DNA of 12,239 nucleotides from Victivallaceae bacterium (lineage in GTDB: Bacteria; Verrucomicrobiota; Lentisphaeria; Victivallales; Victivallaceae), in contig JBFWIO010000048.1 in assembly GCA_050255955.1 (NCBI GenBank), positions 1-12,239 on the forward strand. The letters run 5' to 3'. The stretch's first letter is position 1; each line of letters opens with the position of its first letter. Both the position numbers and the translations under genes were made by a program. Of this stretch, positions 1 through 5,716 are shown piece after piece. A model generated the notes under the pieces. That model was not told where the DNA came from, did not search any database, and was given only the letters and a program-made list of their open reading frames with translations.

Positions 1-1417
1 GATCTATGCAGGTTTCGTTGTTCATCACCACGAGTCCGCCCGAGCCGACCATTGCACCGACCGACTTCAGGGAATCGAAGTCGAGCGGCATATCGAGCAT
101 CGCCGGAGTGAGACAGCCGCCGGAGGGGCCGCCGATCTGGACCGACTTGAATTCCTCGCCGGAAACGTTGCCGGCGTTGTCGGTGACCCCGCCGCCGATG
201 TTGTGGACGATTTCCCGCAGCGTGGTGCCGAAGGGCACTTCGATCAGCCCGGTGTTGGCGACGTGCCCGGTGAGGGCAAAGGTCTTGGTGCCTGGCGACT
301 TATCGGTCCCGACCGCGCGGTAGGCGGCGGCGCCTTCGCGGAAAATCAGCGGCACTGAGGCCAGGGTTTCGACGTTGTTAATCACCGTCGGCTTGCCCCA
401 GAGCCCGCTCTGGGCGGGGAACGGCGGCTTCGGACGCGGCATTCCGCGCTTGCCCTCGATCGACGCGATGAGAGCGGTCTCTTCGCCGCAGACGAAAGCT
501 CCTGCTCCCTCCATGACGTGCAAATCAAATTTGAAGTCGGTTCCGAAGAGATTGTCGCCGAGCACTCCGGCGGTGCGGGCGGCTTCGACCGCGCGGCGCA
601 TGCGTTTGACGGCGAGCGGGTATTCGGCGCGGACGTAGACGTAGCCCTCGTCGGCTCCGATGGCGCGGGCGGCGATCATCATGCCCTCGATTACGCTGTG
701 GGGGTTGCCCTCCATCACCGAGCGGTCCATAAAGGCGCCGGGGTCGCCCTCGTCGCCGTTGCAGATGACATATTTTTTGTCGTTGCGGCTGGCCAAGGTA
801 AGCTTCCACTTGAGCCCGGTCGGGAAGCCGCCGCCGCCGCGGCCGCGGAGACCTGAATCCATCGCGGTCTGGCAGACCTCCTGGGGGCTCATGCGGGTGA
901 CCGCGTTCTCCGCTCCGCGATAACCGCCGCGGGCAATGTATTCGGCGATGTCATCGGGCTCGATCATGCAGTTGGCGAGCACCACCCGATGCTGACGGTT
1001 ATAAAAGGGTATTTCGGCGTCGCCGACACAGGAACAGCCGGTTTTGAGGTCTTTGTAGAGCAAGCGGTCGATCACTTCGCCGCCGATCAGGGTTTTTTCG
1101 ATGATTTCGGGCACATCGGAGGCTTTGACGTGGGTATACAGGATTTTGTCGGGCTCGATATGGAGCAGCGGTCCCTTCTGGCAGAAGCCCTGGCAGCCGC
1201 TTTTGGAGATGTAAGTGGCATTTTCGGGGGTTTCGGCGCGGAGCTCGATTTCCGCGGGAATGCCGCGTTTGGCGAATTCTTCGAGCAGGACGCGCCGGAT
1301 TTCCAGCGAACCGTTGGCGATACAGCCGGTGCCGCCGCAGAGGGTCAGCCGGCGTTTGACATTTTTCTCCCGGGAATGGTAGTCGGAAGCGATTTTTTCG
1401 AGGTCGATCTTGGGCAT
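1..1417 (-). CDS. nuoF: NADH-binding flavoprotein subunit of the NuoF/HndC/HydB type (51-kDa family) with an N-terminal thioredoxin-like [2Fe-2S] domain; the C-terminal part lies outside the window
   Basis: Manual minus-strand translation starting at the ATG (complement of 1415-1417) gives MPKIDLEKIASDYH...RRLTLCGGTGCIANGS..., a thioredoxin-like 2Fe-2S Cys cluster. Later come GLRGRGGGGFPTGLKW (FMN site), CNGDEGDPGAF, EGAGAFVCGEETALIASIEG, GKPTVINNVETLA and GGPSGG, the hallmark blocks of the NuoF/51-kDa family. A GAGGAG SD sits 6-8 nt upstream. The plus-strand ORFs 6..323, 375..638 and 989..1477 are antisense artefacts of this gene. Confidence 0.9.
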   Translation of the reverse strand, partial: MPKIDLEKIASDYHSREKNVKRRLTLCGGTGCIANGSLEIRRVLLEEFAKRGIPAEIELRAETPENATYISKSGCQGFCQKGPLLHIEPDKILYTHVKASDVPEIIEKTLIGGEVIDRLLYKDLKTGCSCVGDAEIPFYNRQHRVVLANCMIEPDDIAEYIARGGYRGAENAVTRMSPQEVCQTAMDSGLRGRGGGGFPTGLKWKLTLASRNDKKYVICNGDEGDPGAFMDRSVMEGNPHSVIEGMMIAARAIGADEGYVYVRAEYPLAVKRMRRAVEAARTAGVLGDNLFGTDFKFDLHVMEGAGAFVCGEETALIASIEGKRGMPRPKPPFPAQSGLWGKPTVINNVETLASVPLIFREGAAAYRAVGTDKSPGTKTFALTGHVANTGLIEVPFGTTLREIVHNIGGGVTDNAGNVSGEEFKSVQIGGPSGGCLTPAMLDMPLDFDSLKSVGAMVGSGGLVVMNNETCID

Positions 1418-1433
1418 TTGGGGTGGGAACTCC

Positions 1434-1943
1434 TCAATTATTCTTTTCGAGTGCGGCCAGTTTGTCAACGATTTTGACCGCCTCATCGGGGGTCAGCTGG
1501 CCGTGGACTTCATCATTGGCGATCATCACCGGAGCCAGTCCGCAGGCGCCGAGGCAGCTGACCGTATCGACGGTGAAGAGACCGTCGTCACTGGTGTGCT
1601 TTTCGGCACTCAACCCCAGCCGGGCGTAAAGGGCGTGGAGGACGGCATGGGATTTTTTGACATGGCAGGCGGTGCCGTCGCAGAGTTTCAGAATGTATTT
1701 GCCCTTTGGCTGCATCGAGAAGTGGGCATAAAAGGTGGCCACTCCGTACACCCTTGATGGCGGCACCCCGATCGCCGCGGCGACGTAACCGATGGTGTCG
1801 CGCGACAGATACTTGTAAATCTCCTGTACTTCCTGCAGGATCGGAATCAGATTCGCCGCCCGGTAGCCGTTTTTGCCGAGAATCCGGTCCACTTCGGCGA
1901 AACGCTCCGCCGCCGCGCCGGCTTTCTCCTGAGTCTGCTGCAT
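1434..1943 (-). CDS. nuoE: NuoE/HoxE/HndA-like thioredoxin-fold [2Fe-2S] subunit (24-kDa family)
   Basis: The 169-aa ORF carries the Cys pattern CDGTAC ... CLGACGLAP typical of the 24-kDa subunit. It ends 17 nt upstream of the nuoF-like start, consistent with an operon. A TGA stop is at 1434-1436. Confidence 0.88.
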   Translation of the reverse strand: MQQTQEKAGAAAERFAEVDRILGKNGYRAANLIPILQEVQEIYKYLSRDTIGYVAAAIGVPPSRVYGVATFYAHFSMQPKGKYILKLCDGTACHVKKSHAVLHALYARLGLSAEKHTSDDGLFTVDTVSCLGACGLAPVMIANDEVHGQLTPDEAVKIVDKLAALEKNN

Positions 1944-1963
1944 ACTTCTGGTATCCTTTTTCT

Positions 1964-2605
1964 TTATATGGTTTTGGCTTTCTGCCCCATTTTGACTGAG
2001 AGTACGGCGAATCCGCCGGCGATCACCTCGCGCTGGGCGATCACTTCGTCAGGCACGCGCAAGCTGACGTTGGCGAAGTTCCAGATGCCGCGGATGCCGC
2101 ATGCCACCATCCGGTCGGCGACCTGCTGGGCGTGGGCGGCGGGAACGCAGATGATTCCGATTTCGATGCCGGAATCACGGAGTTTCTCCGGCATTTCGGC
2201 GATATCATAGACCGGGCGGCCGTAGACCAGGCCGCCGATTTTGGCCGGATCGGCGTCAAAGGCGGCGATGATCTTGAGACCGTATTCCTCAAAGCCCTCG
2301 TAGCCGAGCAGCGCGTGTCCGAGCGAGCCGGCGCCGACCAGAATGGCGGGCGACGGGATTTCCCATTGCAGATAAGTCCGGATCGCCTTGACCAGCTCCG
2401 GAATCTTGAAGCCGACCCCGGGCTGGCCGGTTACTCCGGTCACCGCGAGGTCTTTGCGGACGACGATTTCGGTGAGGTTCATATACCTCGCCAGCTCCGG
2501 TGCGGCAACGATCGAAGCGCCTTCTTTCTGCATTTCGAGGAGCTTGTACAAGTAGGTCGGCAACCGCCTTACGGTCGGCGTTTTTTGAATTTTTACACTG
2601 GCCAT
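1964..2605 (-). CDS. rex: Redox-sensing transcriptional repressor Rex (winged helix + Rossmann NADH-binding domain)
   Basis: From the internal Met the protein reads MASVKIQKTPTVRRLPTYLYKL... (the Rex N-terminal DNA-binding signature) and has a Rossmann glycine loop ILVGAGSLGHAL. The ORF-track start at 2671 adds 22 hydrophobic residues with no SD. The ATG at 2603-2605 is preceded by GAGGGTG. The gene sits immediately upstream of nuoE on the same strand. Confidence 0.88.
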   Translation of the reverse strand: MASVKIQKTPTVRRLPTYLYKLLEMQKEGASIVAAPELARYMNLTEIVVRKDLAVTGVTGQPGVGFKIPELVKAIRTYLQWEIPSPAILVGAGSLGHALLGYEGFEEYGLKIIAAFDADPAKIGGLVYGRPVYDIAEMPEKLRDSGIEIGIICVPAAHAQQVADRMVACGIRGIWNFANVSLRVPDEVIAQREVIAGGFAVLSVKMGQKAKTI

Positions 2606-2632
2606 GACACCCTCATTCGATATTTTTATACT

Positions 2633-2664
2633 TAGCACCAAAAATATAGATGTTACTGGTGCAA
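2633..2664. promoter_or_regulatory. Inverted repeat TAGCACCA-N16-TGGTGCAA overlapping the candidate rex promoter core; possible operator
   Basis: Arms at 2633-2640 and 2657-2664 match 7 of 8 as an inverted repeat. They bracket the -10 and the spacer of the promoter above, as expected of an autoregulatory repressor site. The half-sites do not match the published Rex consensus TTGTGAA/TTCACAA. Confidence 0.25.
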
Positions 2665-2671
2665 AAGTCAA
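2643..2671 (-). promoter_or_regulatory. Candidate sigma70-type promoter for rex-nuoEF: TTGACT - 17 nt - TATATT, read on the minus strand
   Basis: The reverse complement of 2643-2671 reads TTGACTtttgcaccagtaacatcTATATT. Both hexamers are near-consensus with a 17-nt spacer. The -10 lies about 38 nt upstream of the rex ATG. This is the only AT-rich stretch in the window. Confidence 0.4.
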
Positions 2672-2689
2672 TCGAAATCATAATAATAT

Positions 2690-2705
2690 TGGAAATATTT
2701 TCAAA
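2690..2705. promoter_or_regulatory. 16-bp near-perfect palindrome TTGGAAATATTTTCAA (one mismatch pair) in the divergent rex / nfeD intergenic region; Rex-box-like TTG...CAA ends
   Basis: Seen directly in the sequence. AT-rich, dyad-symmetric and bounded by TTG/CAA, like Rex operators (TTGTGAAnnnnTTCACAA, an 18-mer). It is 2 bp shorter than that consensus. Confidence 0.25.
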
Positions 2706-2837
2706 AAAGCGGCAAAAATCAGGTTCCGGATATTGTATTGCGAAAATGACGCGTTAATTTTAGGGTAAATCTGATGCTGACGCAATCGGAGGAGCGGTGG
2801 CAACCGGGTAAATTCAACTTGGGAGGGCGGCAATTAA

Positions 2838-3413
2838 ATGATGTCCAATGTCCAGCAACTGCTGTCGAATGCCGGCGGCTTTTATCTTTTCTGCGCCACA
2901 TTCGGGTCGGTGGTGTTTTTGTTCATGCTGTTTGTGACCTTGTTTTTCGGCGGCGGCGGTCAGGATCTTGATTCGGCTGATGCCGACATCAGCGTACACG
3001 GCCACGAGGGCGAGATTGCCGGGCTTAAGATTCTGTCGATCAAAAGCGTGATTTCGTTCCTCGCCTTCTTCGGTTGGGCGGGGGTGTTCTGGGGAGATCG
3101 CGGCATCAACGGCTTTTTGATCTCTTTCGGCTGCGGCTTGCTGATGATGTTCCTGACTTCGCTGACGCTGTGGCTTCTGCTCAAAATGCAGCAGTCGGGC
3201 AACATCCGGCCGGTCACCTACATCGGCTGCCGGGGCGAGGTTTACCTTTCGCTGCCGCCGGGGCGCGCGCCGGGCGGCAAAGTGACGGTGCATTTGCCGC
3301 ACTGTACGCGCCAGATCGCGGCGGTGGCTGACGAGGCGATTGCGTCCGGCACTCCGGTCAAGGTGACGGAAATGATTACCGATGAATTGTTTGTCGTGAC
3401 AAAGATCCAATAA
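2838..3413 (+). CDS. NfeD-like membrane protein (YuaF/YqiJ family): N-terminal transmembrane helices plus a C-terminal OB-fold beta-barrel; partner of flotillin
   Basis: 191 aa. The Phe/Leu-rich helices are GGFYLFCATFGSVVFLFMLFVTLFF, ILSIKSVISFLAFFGWAGVFWG and GFLISFGCGLLMMFLTSLTLWLLL. The soluble tail is GEVYLSLPPGRAPGGKVTVHL...PVKVTEMITDELFVVTKIQ. A GGGAGGG SD sits upstream of the ATG. The gene lies 26 nt upstream of a flotillin gene, the conserved nfeD-SPFH arrangement. Confidence 0.8.
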   Translation: MMSNVQQLLSNAGGFYLFCATFGSVVFLFMLFVTLFFGGGGQDLDSADADISVHGHEGEIAGLKILSIKSVISFLAFFGWAGVFWGDRGINGFLISFGCGLLMMFLTSLTLWLLLKMQQSGNIRPVTYIGCRGEVYLSLPPGRAPGGKVTVHLPHCTRQIAAVADEAIASGTPVKVTEMITDELFVVTKIQ

Positions 3414-3439
3414 CTCAAAATGCGGGGAGAGCAACAAGA

Positions 3440-4873
3440 ATGGTAAGCGGAGTAGTCATTATCGGAGTACTGGCGGCATTGGTGCTGCTGGTTATTTTCA
3501 TTTCCTGGGTCAATTTTTACCGCAAGTGTCCGTCCGACCGGATCATGGTGATTTACGGGAAGACCGGCGGGGAGCGGGCGGCGCGCTGTATCCACGGCGG
3601 GGCGAAGTTCGTCTGGCCGGTGTTTCAGGATTACGGCTATATTTCGTTGCGCCCGATGCAGATTGAGGTGAATCTCAGCAATGCGCTCTGCAAACAGAAC
3701 ATCCGCATCAGTGTGCCGAGCGTGTTTACGGTCGGGGTCAGCACCAGTCCGGAGATTATGGGGAATGCCGCCGAGCGTCTTTTCGGCCAGACTCCGGATG
3801 CGATAGCGGAGTTGTCAAAGGACATTATTTTCGGGCAGTTGCGTCTGGTGATCGCGTCGATGACGATTGAAGAAATCAACGCCGACCGCGAAACCTTTTT
3901 GCGCGCGGTTGAGGACAACGTGGCGGAGGAGTTGAAGAAGATCGGTCTGGAGCTTCTCAACGTCAACATTACCGACATTACCGACGAATCCGGCTATATT
4001 GCGGCGATCGGGAAACGAGCTGCCGCCGAAGCGATCAACCGGGCGATTATCGACGTTGCCGAGGAAGAGCGCAAGGGGAGCATCGGTTCGGCTGAGGCGC
4101 ACAAGCAGCAGCGTATCGCGGTGTCGCTGGCCGAGGCCAACGCGGCGTCCGGTGAAGCCAACGCCGACCGCGACCGTCGTATTGCGGTCAAGCAGGCTGA
4201 CTCGACGGCGACGCAGGGGGAAAACATTGCCGCGATTGAGATTGCCAAGTCGAACGCGATTCGTGCCGAGCAGGAAGCTGAAGCCTACCGGCTGGCTGAA
4301 GCCGCCCGTCAGGTGGCGGCGGCGCAGATTGAGAGGGCGCGTTTTGAAGCTGAGGCCGAAGCGCAGATTGCGCGTGCCAAAATGGAAACGGAGCGGCAGC
4401 GTGCGGAGGTGATAGTCCACTCTGAAATCGAGCGTCAGAAGATTGAGATTGCGGCTGATGCGGAAGCGGAGAAATTGCGTCGGGAGGCGCGCGGGAATGC
4501 TGATGCGATTTATGCGCAGCTGGAAGCGGAGGCGCGGGGTAACTTTGAAATTCTGAAAGCGAAGGCGGAGGGGTACAAAGCGATTATTGGTTCTTGCAAT
4601 GCGGATGCGGATGCTGCGGCCAAGATGTTGTTGATAGAAAAGATTCAGGAGATTGTGGCGCAGCAGGCGGAGGCGATCAAGAACATCAAGATTGACAAGA
4701 TCACGGTTTGGGATGGGGGGACCAATGTGGATGGCAAGGGGGCGACGGCGAATTTTTTGAGTGGGATGATCAAGAGTTTGCCGCCGCTTCAGGATGTGGC
4801 GACGATGGCGGGGCTTGAGTTGCCGCAGTACTTGGGCAAGGTGAAGGAGCCGACCGCGCCGGACGAAAAATAA
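3440..4873 (+). CDS. Flotillin-family SPFH/band-7 protein (FloT/YuaG/YqiK-like) with an N-terminal membrane anchor and a long Ala/Glu-rich coiled-coil region
   Basis: 477 aa. An N-terminal hydrophobic hairpin is followed by an SPFH core (IMVIYGKTGG...QIEVNLSNALCKQNIRISV...IIFGQLRLVIASMTIEEIN). Then comes an extended EA-repeat coiled coil (RAEQEAEAYRLAEAARQVAAAQIERARFEAEAEAQIARAK...). This is the architecture of bacterial flotillins. An SD GGGGAGAG sits upstream. Confidence 0.88.
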   Translation: MVSGVVIIGVLAALVLLVIFISWVNFYRKCPSDRIMVIYGKTGGERAARCIHGGAKFVWPVFQDYGYISLRPMQIEVNLSNALCKQNIRISVPSVFTVGVSTSPEIMGNAAERLFGQTPDAIAELSKDIIFGQLRLVIASMTIEEINADRETFLRAVEDNVAEELKKIGLELLNVNITDITDESGYIAAIGKRAAAEAINRAIIDVAEEERKGSIGSAEAHKQQRIAVSLAEANAASGEANADRDRRIAVKQADSTATQGENIAAIEIAKSNAIRAEQEAEAYRLAEAARQVAAAQIERARFEAEAEAQIARAKMETERQRAEVIVHSEIERQKIEIAADAEAEKLRREARGNADAIYAQLEAEARGNFEILKAKAEGYKAIIGSCNADADAAAKMLLIEKIQEIVAQQAEAIKNIKIDKITVWDGGTNVDGKGATANFLSGMIKSLPPLQDVATMAGLELPQYLGKVKEPTAPDEK

Positions 4874-4993
4874 AAAAAGCGCCGCAGGCTAAAAAAAGCG
4901 CCGCAGGCTAAAAAAAAGCGCCGCAGGCTAAAAAAAAGCGCCGCAGGCTAAAAAAAAGCGCCGCAGGCTAAAAAAAAGCAAGCGCAGCTTGCG
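4872..4993. repeat. Tandem direct-repeat array: five exact copies of GCGCCGCAGGCT, each preceded by an A7-8 tract (period 19-20 bp), plus a sixth degenerate copy
   Basis: GCGCCGCAGGCT occurs at 4879-4890, 4898-4909, 4918-4929, 4938-4949 and 4958-4969. Each is separated by 7 or 8 A. A degenerate sixth unit (aaaaaaaaGCAAGCGCAGCTTGCG) at 4970-4993 is itself a 6-bp-stem hairpin. The array begins inside the flotillin stop codon. Confidence 0.9.
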
Positions 4994-5105
4994 TCCGCCC
5001 CCCGTCGTACGGGGTCGCAGTCCAGCGCGCGAAAAGCGCTGGTCGCTCCGGCTCCACCGGAGCGAAGCTAAGCGAAGCGCTCCCCCCAATGTCGGCGGAG
5101 CCGAC
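4978..5105. other. Cluster of five short perfect GC-rich hairpins in non-coding DNA
   Basis: Hairpins, shown as stem/loop/stem: GCAAGC/gca/GCTTGC (4978-4992); CCCCGT/cgt/ACGGGG (5000-5014); CCAGCGC/gcgaaaa/GCGCTGG (5022-5042); GCTCCGG/ctcca/CCGGAGC (5045-5063); GTCGGC/gga/GCCGAC (5091-5105). All stems are perfect Watson-Crick. No credible ORF overlaps on either strand; only Arg/Pro/Ala-rich artefacts. Confidence 0.6.
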
Positions 5106-5461
5106 TCTACTCTGCGGGAGCGAAACAAGCGGCGCAAGAGCAACGCGAATTGCGATGCGCGATTGAGCGAAGCAGGGCTGTGAGCGGGGGAAAGGTTTCG
5201 CACGGAGGCACGGGGGCACGGAGGGGGAGAGTTCTGGAATAGGATATCAAGCGTGGGCGCTGGCGCGGCCGGTCGCACCGACACCTGCGGCGGCCGAACG
5301 TCGGCCTCGGGTGAGCTCGCCGGTCGCTGACGCTCTCTCGGCTCGGGGGGGGGATAACGCACGATGTAGCTCCTGGCCACCCGCGACAACGGAGCGGCGG
5401 GAGTCAAAGGCGCAGTGCGCCCGCCCGGAGCGGGAACGGCGAGGCGCTGCCTCACACTCCG

Positions 5462-5509
5462 CAAGAGGGCTCCGCGCCCTCTTGACTCTGCGCAAGGGCG
5501 CGGCCCTTG
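5462..5509. other. Two adjacent hairpins sharing the arm motif CAAG(A)GGGC / GCCC(T)CTTG
   Basis: CAAGAGGGC/tccgc/GCCCTCTTG (5462-5484; 9-bp perfect stem). CAAGGGC/gcg/GCCCTTG (5493-5509; 7-bp perfect stem). The same GCCCTTGACC motif recurs inside the 41-bp tandem repeat that follows. Confidence 0.55.
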
Positions 5510-5607
5510 ACCGGGGTACGGGCTTGGCGGCACGCGGGGCGCGGCCCTTGACCGGGGTACGGGCTTGGCGGCACGCGGGGCGCGGGGTACGGGCTTGGCG
5601 GCACGCC
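5497..5607. repeat. Imperfect tandem repeat with a 41-bp period: two full copies and a third carrying a 9-nt deletion (consensus GCGCGGCCCTTGACCGGGGTACGGGCTTGGCGGCACGCGGG)
   Basis: CGGCCCTTGACCGGGGTACGGGCTTGGCGGCACGCGGGG appears at 5501-5539 and again at 5542-5580. A third copy at about 5579-5607 lacks CCCTTGACC. The repeat ends about 110 nt upstream of the htrA start. Confidence 0.85.
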
Positions 5608-5716
5608 CCCTCGACCGCAAAATCCGCGCCGACGATTACCTCAACATGAGCAAACGCATCCGCTCGCAAGGGAAATGAAAACTCCGGGGCCGGATCTCGA
5701 TACAGAAAGGACTTCG

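Noticed and set aside
6-1477. Plus-strand ORFs 6..323, 375..638, 518..856, 660..923, 989..1477 and 1410..1757.
   Set aside because: All are antisense or out-of-frame to the nuoF-like and nuoE-like genes, whose minus-strand translation carries unmistakable FMN/NADH and Fe-S motifs.
2606-2671. Longer N-terminal extensions offered by the ORF track for rex (to 2671), htrA (5675), the SGNH hydrolase (to 10701) and the META lipoprotein (to 12152).
   Set aside because: The extensions lack ribosome-binding sites and add hydrophobic or Arg-rich junk before well-formed N-termini (the Rex DNA-binding motif, or signal peptides). In the SGNH case the extension would overlap pilT by 150 nt. Internal ATGs with good SD spacing were preferred.
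4872-4993. Considered a CRISPR array because of regularly spaced identical 12-nt units.
   Set aside because: The spacers are homopolymeric A7-8 rather than unique 30-40-nt sequences. The repeats are far too short and no cas genes are nearby. It is a simple tandem repeat.
4928-5669. ORFs 4928..5620 (-), 5247..5669 (-), 5311..5649 (+) and 4989..5183 (+) inside the flotillin-htrA spacer.
   Set aside because: Arg/Pro/Ala-dominated low-complexity translations with no SD-spaced starts. They overlap one another in different frames. The region is better explained as non-coding repeat and hairpin DNA.
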